A stretch of DNA of 64,000 bases from an uncultured delta proteobacterium (GTDB taxonomy: Bacteria > Desulfobacterota > Binatia > HRBIN30 > BPIQ01). The stretch lies in contig CAVXGR010000009.1 in assembly GCA_963761335.1 (NCBI GenBank), positions 58,545 through 122,544 on the forward strand, written 5' to 3'. The stretch's first letter is position 1, and each line of letters starts with the position of its first letter. The notes beneath the pieces are model-generated. The model did not search any database. It was not told where the DNA came from and was given only the letters and a program-made list of their open reading frames with translations. Below are positions 49,737 through 58,971 of the stretch, one piece after another. The translations under genes and the position numbers were made by a program.

Positions 49737-51377
49737 CTAGAGAAGCTTCTGGATCTCGACGGCGCCGCGCGCGATGAGCTCGCGGAGCTCTTCGAGATGG
49801 CGCGCCTCGAGATCGGGATAGGGCCGCACGTCCGTGTCCGAGATGATCTCGATGTCGCGCAAGGAGAAACGAGCCAGTAGATCGCCGGCCGCCGCTTCGA
49901 TCTCCCGCGCCAGCGCCGCCGCCCGGCCGCCGCGCTCCGCCGCTCGGCGCCGAAGCTCTGTCAGCGTCTCCAGGTACCTCAGGTCGTAGAGTCCCGCGCT
50001 GAGGCCCTTCCACTGCAGCGTCGGAACACTGCCGCGCCGGGCCGGATAGGTCGCCAGGTGATCCTTGAGGGGGTGCCCTCCCGAGACAGCCCGCTCGTGA
50101 CTGTCCCATTCGTCGAAGTCGTCGTACGGCGAGTACGGGTGCTCCGGCAGATGCTGGTAGCAATACGGCGCGATCCCGTCGGCGCCGCTCTTCCAGAAAT
50201 AGATTCCCGCCAGCACGCGGTGCACGAGCGGCTTCTCCATGTGCGCGTGCCAGTAGAAATAGGTCGGGCGCCGCCGCAGCTCCGGAGCCTCGGACAGCAA
50301 AGAGAAGTACTCGCGGTTGCGCGGCAGGTAGTACAGCAGGATATCCGGCGGATGCCCGATATCGCCGGCGTCGAACAGGCGCCGCGCGAATTGCTGTTGG
50401 ACGAGCGCGCACATTGTCGGTACTCCCCGGCGCTTCGCCTCGCGGGTTTTGGCGATGTGCGCGGCCACGGCGTCAGGTCCGCGTGTGTCCATCTCGTCGC
50501 TGACATAGAGAACCGGCTGCATGCCGTGGAAGTCGACGGCGTCCAGCCGCGGCGGGTACGGATCCGTGAGCACGACTCTGCCCCGGAAACCGATCGCATA
50601 CGCGATGTCGACGGCGCGCTGCAGCAGCTCGGGGTCGCCCTCACCCAGCGAGATCGTGCGGAAGCCGTGCGCGTAGATGTCCTCCAGCTGCGTCCGGAAC
50701 AGCTCTTCCGACAGGTAGAAGCGCGGCCGCCCGCAGTCGAGGGTGCCGCGATACCAGAGAAAGCAATCGCGCCCGGACTCCGCCAGCATGAGCGGCAGCA
50801 CTTCGACCTCCAGCGGCAGGTCGGCGCTGCCGAGCGCCGGCACCACGGAGCGGACGCGCAGCGCGCCGCAGTAACGTCCCACCGCTGCGCCCGTGGGAAT
50901 GCGCAGGGCGATCCACAGCTGTTGCGTTCCATTTCGGTCGAGCGCGGTGCGCGCGGCGCCGTGCAGGCGCAGATCCGGCGGCGTGTAGAAAGGACCGCGC
51001 CGCCGATAGTGCCGCCAGTGCCTGCAACGGCCGCCGTACCCATCGCGCAGATCGGCATCCGCGTCCTTGAGTAGCAGCTCCGCGACCCGTACGCGGCTCG
51101 ATTGATAGACCCCGACCCCGGCCTGGTCCCATTCCCGGACGGCGAAGACATCGATCGCGGCGCTCGGGATGACGCCGCCGGCGTCGTCGCGCAAGTCGGA
51201 GACATCGATGACCACGTCGCGCATCGCCTCGCGGGCACGGAGAGACACGGACAGCGACACCATCTCACCCCGGCAACCGGTCCCGCTCAGTCGCGAGATC
51301 GGCGTCGCATCAGCCGCCGGGGCGCCGGGCAGGTGACGGACAAGGGCCAGCCACGGCGGCGGCTCCGCGATGGTCAT
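49737..51377 (-). CDS. Glycoside-hydrolase-like protein (GH123/DUF4091-like architecture), function unknown
   Basis: N-terminal RGE.VS.SVS beta-sandwich-like region, QLWIALRIP...GRY.G, C-terminal WKGLSAGLYDLRYL; no signal peptide. Confidence 0.5.
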   Translation of the reverse strand: MTIAEPPPWLALVRHLPGAPAADATPISRLSGTGCRGEMVSLSVSLRAREAMRDVVIDVSDLRDDAGGVIPSAAIDVFAVREWDQAGVGVYQSSRVRVAELLLKDADADLRDGYGGRCRHWRHYRRRGPFYTPPDLRLHGAARTALDRNGTQQLWIALRIPTGAAVGRYCGALRVRSVVPALGSADLPLEVEVLPLMLAESGRDCFLWYRGTLDCGRPRFYLSEELFRTQLEDIYAHGFRTISLGEGDPELLQRAVDIAYAIGFRGRVVLTDPYPPRLDAVDFHGMQPVLYVSDEMDTRGPDAVAAHIAKTREAKRRGVPTMCALVQQQFARRLFDAGDIGHPPDILLYYLPRNREYFSLLSEAPELRRRPTYFYWHAHMEKPLVHRVLAGIYFWKSGADGIAPYCYQHLPEHPYSPYDDFDEWDSHERAVSGGHPLKDHLATYPARRGSVPTLQWKGLSAGLYDLRYLETLTELRRRAAERGGRAAALAREIEAAAGDLLARFSLRDIEIISDTDVRPYPDLEARHLEELRELIARGAVEIQKLL

Positions 51378-52573
51378 CGGGCGCCCAGATCCTGCATTGC
51401 CGGGCCGCTGTGACGCTCGAGCAGCTCCCCGGCAATCAGCTCGTCGATCAGCTCGTCGAGATCGGCCGCCGCGGTCGCCGTGGGTATGTCGTATTCGGTC
51501 GCGACCCAGCTGAGAACTTCGTCCCGGGCGCGCTCGCAGGCGAGAAGTCGCCAGACACGGTCTGCCGTGCCGTCGAGCACAAAGCGCTGGCGCGCACCCG
51601 GCTGCACGACGACGGATCTCGGTCGATCATCGTAGAGCCAGTAGAGCGCCTGCGGCGAGATGCGCAACCGCATCCTTTGGGTCCACGTGAACCACGGCCT
51701 GAAGGCCGCGTCGACAGCGCTCGGCTGGATCGGCTCGAGCGGCGGCGCGAGACCGAAGCGCTGGGCCAGCCGCTGGAAGCGGAAGCCGAGACGGTAGCTG
51801 AGCGATTCCAGGACCTCTTCCGGGCGGCGGCCCAGGTGGACGTCTCGAAACGTGGTCCGCGCACCATGCGAGAGATACAAAGCCTCGATCTGCGCCGCAC
51901 CGCGCCCATACCAGAATCCCTTGGTGACGAAGCGCAGCCAGGAGCGGCCCTCATAGTGCGTGGCCGGTGCGCCCTCCACGTAGCCGAGGCGGTAGCCGCG
52001 CGCGATGATTCGCCATGACAGCTCGACGTCCTCGCAGGCGACGAGACGCTCGTCGAACCCCCCCACGCCTTCCAGCGCCGCACGCCGGTACATACAGCTC
52101 CCCGTCGACAGCCACGGGAAGAGATCGCGCTCGCCGCGGACGGAATTCGCCGCGTCGCGTTCGGCCGACTGCGCCGGCGAGCGCTCCAGGTAGCGTTGCA
52201 CGCGCGCGTCGAGTGCCCGGTGGTCGGTTCGGCCCTGGCAGCCGCCGAGCCGAGGATCGTCGAAGCGCCCCGCCAACCGCCGCACCCAGTCCGCGCCGAC
52301 GACCACGTGCGCGTCGAGAAAGGCGACGAGGGCCCCGTGCGTCGCCCGCAGCCCGGCGTTGCGGGCGGCGCCCCGGCCTCGCCGCGGCTCCGGCAACACC
52401 TCGGCACCGTGTGCGGCGGCGACGCAGGCAGTGGTGTCCGTCGAGGCGTTGTCGACGACGCAGATTCGCAGCGGCCCGGGATAGTCCTGCCGGCGGAGCG
52501 CGTCGACGCAGGCCCCGACGCGACCGGCTTCATCGCGCGCCGCGATGATCACGTCGACGGCGGGAGCAGACAT
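51374..52573 (-). CDS. GT2 glycosyltransferase fused to a C-terminal PqqD/RRE domain
   Basis: VVDNASTD, AARNAG, FLDAH, GGFDE...EDVELSWR; C-term FVLDGTADRVWRLL...YDI...ADLDELIDELIAGELL. Confidence 0.85.
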   Translation of the reverse strand: MSAPAVDVIIAARDEAGRVGACVDALRRQDYPGPLRICVVDNASTDTTACVAAAHGAEVLPEPRRGRGAARNAGLRATHGALVAFLDAHVVVGADWVRRLAGRFDDPRLGGCQGRTDHRALDARVQRYLERSPAQSAERDAANSVRGERDLFPWLSTGSCMYRRAALEGVGGFDERLVACEDVELSWRIIARGYRLGYVEGAPATHYEGRSWLRFVTKGFWYGRGAAQIEALYLSHGARTTFRDVHLGRRPEEVLESLSYRLGFRFQRLAQRFGLAPPLEPIQPSAVDAAFRPWFTWTQRMRLRISPQALYWLYDDRPRSVVVQPGARQRFVLDGTADRVWRLLACERARDEVLSWVATEYDIPTATAAADLDELIDELIAGELLERHSGPAMQDLGAR

Positions 52574-52591
52574 GGGAACGCCCATCCCGAA

Positions 52592-53614
52592 TCAGCCGGA
52601 AAGCTCCGAGTCGAGCAGCGCCGGCAGCCGGGGCAGATCATGGTCCGCGAACTCCAGGACATACAGGCGCGCGTCGCGGACGAGCGCGGCGACGGCGGCC
52701 AGGATGAACTCGCTGTACTGAGCGAAGGGATAGGGGGCCGAGCGAAACGGGCGCGCCCGAAACACGGTCATGGTTTCGCGCAGCAGGTCCTCAAGGGCGC
52801 GACCGCGGTCGAGCTTCGACAGAGTGGGCCGGGCCACCGGACCTCGCCGCAGCTGGATGAAGTCAGTGACCCGGCTCGGCTCCCGCCAGGACGTCCCGCG
52901 CGGAAGTTGTCCGAGGCGCACCGCCCACTTCCCGCCTTCATCGCGCTCGCCCACGACCTGCGGCTGAAGCGCCGGGAACATCCGCAGCGTGGCCTCGGTG
53001 ACATGCAGGGCATCGAGCGAGGCGAGCGCATAGGCGCAATCGCCGTCGAGGGTGATCAGTGTGCGGTCATCCGAGAGCAGATCGTAGCCGGCGAACAAGA
53101 GCTGGACTGCCGTCGTCGATTTCCCCGCTCCCGGCGCACCGGCCAGCAGAAGCGTCCGCTCGCCCCTGCGGAGCCCGGCGGCATGGATCGTTGCCAGCCG
53201 GTAGAAGGGCATCAGGAAGCCTTTGAGAATCGGCCGGACGACGTAGGCGAGCACCCATTGGGGGCTCTCCGTGTATCGTCCGGCGAGATTCGCTCGCACG
53301 ACGTCGTCGTCGAGACCGTACTCCATCTCGTGCCAGAGGTGCGCATGGTTCTCCGAATAGAACCGCCCGGCCTCGTAGTAGCAGGGGCCGAGCCCCAGAT
53401 GCGTCTCCGCGAAGGCGCCGCGCTCCATCGCCGCGATCGGCAGGGCGTGCTCGGAATCCTTGCGCTCGAGGAGGATCCGCAGCCGTCGCACGTGCGCGGG
53501 GAAACGGCTGGTCAGATCGTTCGACACGTACAACCGCTCCACCCACGGAGCGAGGTCGAGGCTACGACTCTCGATATCGAGTCTCAGAAAATGAAGGACG
53601 AGCTCGGTCTTCAC
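52592..53614 (-). CDS. HPr kinase-like P-loop kinase
   Basis: IHAAGL...LLLAGAPGAGKSTT...LLSDD motif set. Confidence 0.8.
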   Translation of the reverse strand: MKTELVLHFLRLDIESRSLDLAPWVERLYVSNDLTSRFPAHVRRLRILLERKDSEHALPIAAMERGAFAETHLGLGPCYYEAGRFYSENHAHLWHEMEYGLDDDVVRANLAGRYTESPQWVLAYVVRPILKGFLMPFYRLATIHAAGLRRGERTLLLAGAPGAGKSTTAVQLLFAGYDLLSDDRTLITLDGDCAYALASLDALHVTEATLRMFPALQPQVVGERDEGGKWAVRLGQLPRGTSWREPSRVTDFIQLRRGPVARPTLSKLDRGRALEDLLRETMTVFRARPFRSAPYPFAQYSEFILAAVAALVRDARLYVLEFADHDLPRLPALLDSELSG

Positions 53615-55010
53615 GGATGTCTTCCGGATGGAGCAGGCGGTCGATGGTGACAGCGAGCTGGTCGCTCCCCGCCAGCGCCAGGGTCAATCTGCAGAGATCG
53701 TACTTCGCTCTGAAGGCGTCGTAGTACTGGGTGTGAGGACACTCCGCTCGGGCCCCGAAGGCGTCGCGCAGCGCACGGAGCCGCTCGAACGAGTCGTCCG
53801 ACAGCCGCTCCTCCGCGACGACCGTCCGCAGCACGGCGTCGAGCTCTGCCGCGAGTGCCTGGAACTCCTTGAAGACGGTTATCGGCGTGAGGCTTCCCTG
53901 ATCCTCCAGATCGCTCAGCAGCCGGCGCATGGCCGCGGGATCGACGGGGCCGGCACTGCGGTACGAGCGGTCGATCTCGGCGATTGCGGCGCGAAAGCGC
54001 CGCAGCGATTCGTCCCAGTCATAGGCGGATCGTATGGTGTCGAATCCTCCCCGCCGCACACGCTCCTTCAGCGAATCGTCGCGCAGCAGCGACGCGAGCC
54101 TGGCGTGGAGATCCTGCGGATCGTTCGGACGGGCGAGCACGAGGTTGACGCCGTCGATCCCGTAATCGGACACGCCGTAGGTGCGGGTCGAGACCACCGG
54201 CACGCCGCAGGCAAATGCCTCGAGGGCGGGGAGCCCCAACCCCTCATACCAGGAGGTGCAGCAGTAGACGTCGCAGGTGCGCAGAATGCCCGGCATCTCC
54301 TCCTCGGTTGGGCAGTGGTGGATCTCGACCGGAAACGGCAGCCCGTCGAAGAGCCGCCGCCCGCGCTTTTCCTGCGTGACCAGCACGAGCTCCACCGGCC
54401 TCTCGACCGAGAGGCGCCGGAGCGCCTCGATGCCGTCCTTCATTCCCTTGTAGGGCATCAGGTAGTTGCCGACCATCAGCACGCGCGCCCGCGCCGCGAG
54501 CCTGGCTGGGCGCGGAGACACCGAGAAAATCGTCTTGTCGATGCCGACCGGCACATGGATCGATTCCTTGCCCAGTCGCTCTTTGATGAGGCGCTGCACC
54601 GCTCGCGAGCTGGCGATGATCGGCACCGGCAGGCGGTAGAGGTTGGCGAACGCCGGGGATTCCGCCATGAAGTCCGCGAATGTCGGGCCAGCGGCGTGGT
54701 GGAACGCCTCGTAGTCCTGGCAGAAGAAGATCGCCCGCGCCCTGCCCAGCAGCGGCAGGACCATCGGCAGGAGAAAGGCGTTCGCGACCAGCACGAAGTC
54801 GTAGCTGGGCAGGTCGGCTTGTTCGAGATCGCGCATCGGCAGGAGCGGTGCGCGAAGCCTGCACCAGCGCGGCGGACCGGCGAAGGAGAACAGATGGACC
54901 GACTCGTCGACGTCTGCCAGGCGATTGGCGATCTCGAATACGACCTTCACCCCGCCGCTGAGCGCAGTCGTCGGTAGACAGAAGAGGAGCCGCTTACGAG
55001 CACCGTCCAT
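53562..55010 (-). CDS. GT4 glycosyltransferase (WsaF-like N-terminus)
   Basis: SGGVKVVFEIANRL, FCQDYE, KG..DG, SWYEGLGLPALEAFACG. Confidence 0.88.
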   Translation of the reverse strand: MDGARKRLLFCLPTTALSGGVKVVFEIANRLADVDESVHLFSFAGPPRWCRLRAPLLPMRDLEQADLPSYDFVLVANAFLLPMVLPLLGRARAIFFCQDYEAFHHAAGPTFADFMAESPAFANLYRLPVPIIASSRAVQRLIKERLGKESIHVPVGIDKTIFSVSPRPARLAARARVLMVGNYLMPYKGMKDGIEALRRLSVERPVELVLVTQEKRGRRLFDGLPFPVEIHHCPTEEEMPGILRTCDVYCCTSWYEGLGLPALEAFACGVPVVSTRTYGVSDYGIDGVNLVLARPNDPQDLHARLASLLRDDSLKERVRRGGFDTIRSAYDWDESLRRFRAAIAEIDRSYRSAGPVDPAAMRRLLSDLEDQGSLTPITVFKEFQALAAELDAVLRTVVAEERLSDDSFERLRALRDAFGARAECPHTQYYDAFRAKYDLCRLTLALAGSDQLAVTIDRLLHPEDIREDRARPSFSETRYRES

Positions 55011-55091
55011 CGCTGGCGATACTAGCGGCAACCGCCGACGTCCGGAAGTAGACGACTTCTGATGGCACTGCCCTAACTTGGGCTGGGGGAT

Positions 55092-55311
55092 CGCGCCGCG
55101 AAGCGGCGCAGGCATGTAGCCCCGGGTCGGAGACCCGGGGATCCCGGGTCCGCCTTCCCCGATGCGCCCCGCCAGGGGCGCAGGCGTGCAAGCCCGGGGG
55201 CAGAGGCCTGTGTCAAAACCGCGCCCGCGCCCCTGGCGGGGCGCCAACGGACGTCGCCTTCGGGATCCCCGGGTCTCGACCCGGGGCTACACGCCTGCGC
55301 CCCTCCGGGGC
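55092..55311. repeat. GTAG-type REP-like doublet with an internal GAGGCCTGTGTCAAAAC end, between divergent operons
   Basis: GGCATGTAGCCCCGGG...CCCGGGG and its inverted partner CCCGGG...CCCGGGGCTACAC. Confidence 0.7.
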
Positions 55312-55399
55312 AAATGATCTCCGAGCTCAAGGCCACAGATGCAATAGGACAGTACTCTTTTGATTCCTACATTCGAGTTCAATACAGTCGCGCGCGCCG

Positions 55400-56446
55400 A
55401 TGTCCGATTCCGACGCAAGACCGATCGTGAGTCTCTGCCTGGGGGCGTACGCCGGCGCCGATCGGGCGGCAGCAAATCTGTCCCTCACCACCGGGCTCTC
55501 CCGCCACGTCACGCTCTCGAGCTCGGATCCGCGCAGCCCCGAGGTCGCTTTCATGGTCGCCCACCTGCGCGAGCGGCGTCCGGCGCTGGTGATCTTCAAT
55601 GGCTGGAGCGCCGTCTACGCGAGCATCCTCACCGCCTTGCGCCGCCAACCGATCCGGTTCGCCGTCCTCTGGCACAGCAGTCCGGGCCAGACTGATCTGT
55701 CGGACGAGTGGCCGGCGCTGTCGGAGATCATCGGCAACCGCCGCATCGCGCACCTGCTGTTCGCCAACGAGTCGCTGCGCGAGACACTTGCCCCGCGACT
55801 GCGGAACACCCACCATCTTCCCGACACGCTCGCGGAAGCCGAGTGGGAGGGCCAGCGTGAGGATCATCCCCCTTCCCGCACCGGTCGCGCGCGGCGCGCG
55901 CAGATCACGCTCTTCGCCCAGCCGGCCGAGGCGGCGCGCAAGAACATCACCGGCTGCTTGCTGGCGCTCTCCAGCCTGCGAAGCCGAATCGTCCTCCATC
56001 TCAATGGGCTGTCGCACCAGCCGCGCTACCGCATGCTGCTCGACCTGCTCGGCATCCGCTACCGGGACTGGGGCTGGATGGAGCCGCAGCGGTACGCGGC
56101 GGTCGTGGGCGCGGCCTCCGTCGGCCTGCAGGTGTCGTTCGCCGAGACGTACGGGTACGTCGTCGCCGAACATCTCGCACGCGGCGTCCCGACCGTCGGG
56201 ACCTCTGCGGTTCCGGTCCTGGCGCGATTGTCCCCGGCCGTGCGCCGTCGTCTGATGGTCACCAACCCCGACGATCCCGGCGAGATTCGCGCCAAGCTGC
56301 GCTTCCTGCTCGACCATCCTCGCCTTGCGGCGACGGTCGGCGAGCGCGCGCGCCTCGAGTCGTCCCGCTGGAACCGGCGGGACATCGCCAAGGCGACTGA
56401 CGTCCTGCAGGCGCTGCTGTCGCAGAGAGGCAAGCTGGCATCATGA
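55400..56446 (+). CDS. GT-B (GT4-like) glycosyltransferase
   Basis: RKNI, QVSFAETYGYVVAEHLARGVP. Confidence 0.75.
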   Translation: MSDSDARPIVSLCLGAYAGADRAAANLSLTTGLSRHVTLSSSDPRSPEVAFMVAHLRERRPALVIFNGWSAVYASILTALRRQPIRFAVLWHSSPGQTDLSDEWPALSEIIGNRRIAHLLFANESLRETLAPRLRNTHHLPDTLAEAEWEGQREDHPPSRTGRARRAQITLFAQPAEAARKNITGCLLALSSLRSRIVLHLNGLSHQPRYRMLLDLLGIRYRDWGWMEPQRYAAVVGAASVGLQVSFAETYGYVVAEHLARGVPTVGTSAVPVLARLSPAVRRRLMVTNPDDPGEIRAKLRFLLDHPRLAATVGERARLESSRWNRRDIAKATDVLQALLSQRGKLAS

Positions 56447-56724
56447 GGCAGTGCCGCAACCAGCCGCGATTTGTGGTGAGCCCCACCATCGCGCACCGCG
56501 AGATCGGCGGCACGCTGCTGCTCCTGCTGCCCGGCGACAGTCGTCTCTATGCGTTCAACGATACCGGACGCCTGGTCTGGCGCGGCCTGCTGCGCAAGCG
56601 CAGCACCGCGAGCATCGCCGCGACGATTGCCAGAACCTTCGGGATTCCCCTGCCGCGCGCCGAGCGGGATGTGCACGATCTGCTCGAGGATCTGCTGCGC
56701 CGCGGGGCGATCCGCCGTCTCTAG
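56443..56724 (+). CDS. PqqD family / RRE protein
   Basis: REIGGTLLLL...LYAFNDTGRLVWRGL...IA..F.I...AERDV.DLLEDL.RRGAI. Confidence 0.88.
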   Translation: MRQCRNQPRFVVSPTIAHREIGGTLLLLLPGDSRLYAFNDTGRLVWRGLLRKRSTASIAATIARTFGIPLPRAERDVHDLLEDLLRRGAIRRL

Positions 56725-56777
56725 AGAGGGCCGTCCTTGCGCCGAGCGAGCGAGGTTTGCCATACTCCGCCGGCCGC

Positions 56778-57923
56778 ATGACGGAACCGATCGCCCAGAC
56801 CGTCGACCCGTCGCCGGCGCCGTTCGCCGTCTGCACGATCATCTGGAAGAACTACCTCGCCCACGCGCGCGCGCTCGGCCAGTCGCTTCGCGCCCAGCAT
56901 CCCGACATCCCCTTCATCGTGCTCCTCGCCGATCGTGTCGACGGCTACTTCGACGCCGCCCGCGAAGACTTCGAGGTCGTCGAGATCGAGCAGCTCGGCA
57001 TCCCGGAGGTGCGACGGTTCTGCTTTCAGTACTCTCCGTTCCTGCTCAACACGGCGGTGAAACCGTGGTTGCTTGCCTACCTGTTGGCACAGCGCGGAAT
57101 GCGCCGCGTGCTCTATCTCGATGCCGACATCCTGGTGCTCGATTGTCTCGCCGATCTCGCCGCGCTGCTCGACCGCTACTCGATCGTATTGACCCCGCAC
57201 CTGACGGCGACGGCCACGGACCCGTACACGGTCGCCAGCGTCGAGCGGGCGATGCTGCTCTTCGGCGCCTACAACCTCGGCTTCATCGGCGTCGGACGGT
57301 CCGAGACCACGGATCGATTCCTCGTCTGGTGGCAGGACCGCCTGCGGCGGGACTGTCTCCTGGATCCGCCACGGGGCCTGTTCGTTGATCAGAAGTGGAT
57401 CGATCTGGTGCCCGGGCTCTTCGACGGCGTCCACGTCCTGCGCGATCCGACGTACAACGTGGCGCGCTGGAATCTCCATTCCCGAGCCCTCACCATTCGG
57501 GACGACCAAGTGCTCGTCGACGGCATGCCGTGCCGATTCTTCCATTTCAGCGGCTTCGATCCTCGCTGCGGTGAGGTGGCGAAGGGCAATCGGTTCTACA
57601 CGTTCGAGCGGCTCGGCGAGGCGGCAGTCCTGTATCGGCGCTATGCCGAGATGCTGCACCGCAACGGCTTCGCGGACACCATCAACTGGCCGCAGGCATT
57701 TTCGGTCTTCGACAACGGTGTGCCGATCCCCGATGAGCTGCGGATGCGGTACCTGGCGATGGGTGACGAGGTCGCGAAGTTCGGCGACCCGTTCGCCAGC
57801 GCGCCGCCCGACAGCTTCTACTGCGCCTGGCGCGCCGAGCAGGCCGGCCTTCGACCACTGGTCGATCGGCTGCGACGGACCGTGGCGCGCGCCGCCTGGC
57901 GCGTTCATACAAGACTCCGATAG
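56778..57923 (+). CDS. GT-A glycosyltransferase (GT8-like)
   Basis: CTIIWKNYLAHAR, NTAVKP, YLDADI, YNLGF, DQKW.DL, YNVARWNL, FFHFSG. Confidence 0.85.
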   Translation: MTEPIAQTVDPSPAPFAVCTIIWKNYLAHARALGQSLRAQHPDIPFIVLLADRVDGYFDAAREDFEVVEIEQLGIPEVRRFCFQYSPFLLNTAVKPWLLAYLLAQRGMRRVLYLDADILVLDCLADLAALLDRYSIVLTPHLTATATDPYTVASVERAMLLFGAYNLGFIGVGRSETTDRFLVWWQDRLRRDCLLDPPRGLFVDQKWIDLVPGLFDGVHVLRDPTYNVARWNLHSRALTIRDDQVLVDGMPCRFFHFSGFDPRCGEVAKGNRFYTFERLGEAAVLYRRYAEMLHRNGFADTINWPQAFSVFDNGVPIPDELRMRYLAMGDEVAKFGDPFASAPPDSFYCAWRAEQAGLRPLVDRLRRTVARAAWRVHTRLR

Positions 57924-57932
57924 GCTCGCCGG

Positions 57933-58946
57933 ATGGTGCCTCCCCGCTTGGCGCGCCTGCGCTATCTGATCGTGGCGCCGGCGTTCCAGGCCTGGGATCT
58001 CGGCCGCTACTGCGAACGCCTGCTGCGCGCCGATCGCCTGGCGTGTGCGACCTTCGCCTACGGCGAGCGCCCGGGTGCGGAGCAGGAGACCCGGCTGCTG
58101 GAAGCGGTGCAACAGTTCCGTCCCCACATCGTCCTGGCGCTCAAGCTCCAGGGTATTCGGCCGCAGACGCTCGCGGCGATCCGCCGGCACGCCTTCGTCG
58201 CCCTCTGGTACGTGGACTGCTTCGGCGAATTCGTGCCCCGGTGGCTTGCCCCCCTGCTCGCCCATGTCGACATCTTCTTCACCAGCGCCGCCGGCTTGGT
58301 GCCGCTCTATCAGCGGCACACCGCCGCGCCGGTTCGCTGGGTGTACGAAGGCGTTCATCTGCCGAGCTTCCCGCGGCTGCGCGAGTCGACCGAGCGGCTC
58401 GCAGCGTATCGCAGCGAGGTGGCGTTCGTCGGTAACGTCCGGCACTCCGTCACCGCCACGCCGGCGACGCGCCAGCGCCTGCTGCTCGCCGTCCACCGCC
58501 GCTTCGATCTGCGGATTTGGGGACCGCAGGGACTTCCGTTGGACGCGCGCACGCGGCGGCTGCGGGTGACCGAGTGGCCGGCCTACAATCGAGAGCTCGC
58601 CCGCATCTGCGCCGCCGCCGCGATCGTGCTCGGCATCAACGAAGTGAACACGGTGGAGCGCTACTTCTCGAACCGCACCTTTCTCACTCTCGCCAGCGGC
58701 GGCTTTCACCTGACGCGTTACGTCCCCGGGCTGGAGCGCATGTTCGAAAATCGCCGGCACCTGGTCTGGTTTCATTCCGACGACGAGTGTCTCGAGCTGA
58801 TCCGCTATTACCTGCCGCGGCCGCGCGCGCGCCACGCCATCGCGCGACGTGGCCAGGCATGGACGCGACGGCGATACGGCATGCGCCGGAGCTGGCGGCG
58901 GATACTCGCGGCCATCGACGACGTCTACCCGCGGCGCGGCCCCTGA
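57933..58946 (+). CDS. CgeB-like glycosyltransferase (Glyco_trans_1_2)
   Basis: LWYVD, VAFVGN, LRIWG, IVLGIN...SNRTF..LASGGF.LT. Confidence 0.8.
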   Translation: MVPPRLARLRYLIVAPAFQAWDLGRYCERLLRADRLACATFAYGERPGAEQETRLLEAVQQFRPHIVLALKLQGIRPQTLAAIRRHAFVALWYVDCFGEFVPRWLAPLLAHVDIFFTSAAGLVPLYQRHTAAPVRWVYEGVHLPSFPRLRESTERLAAYRSEVAFVGNVRHSVTATPATRQRLLLAVHRRFDLRIWGPQGLPLDARTRRLRVTEWPAYNRELARICAAAAIVLGINEVNTVERYFSNRTFLTLASGGFHLTRYVPGLERMFENRRHLVWFHSDDECLELIRYYLPRPRARHAIARRGQAWTRRRYGMRRSWRRILAAIDDVYPRRGP

Positions 58947-58971
58947 GCCATCGCTCCCAGCGGTTGCCGGC

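Noticed and set aside
49282..56724. PQQ biosynthesis or canonical lasso peptide cluster
   Set aside because: No pqqB/C/E and no ExxxY core. No lasso cyclase or B2 peptidase in the window, and the putative core is too short for a lasso.
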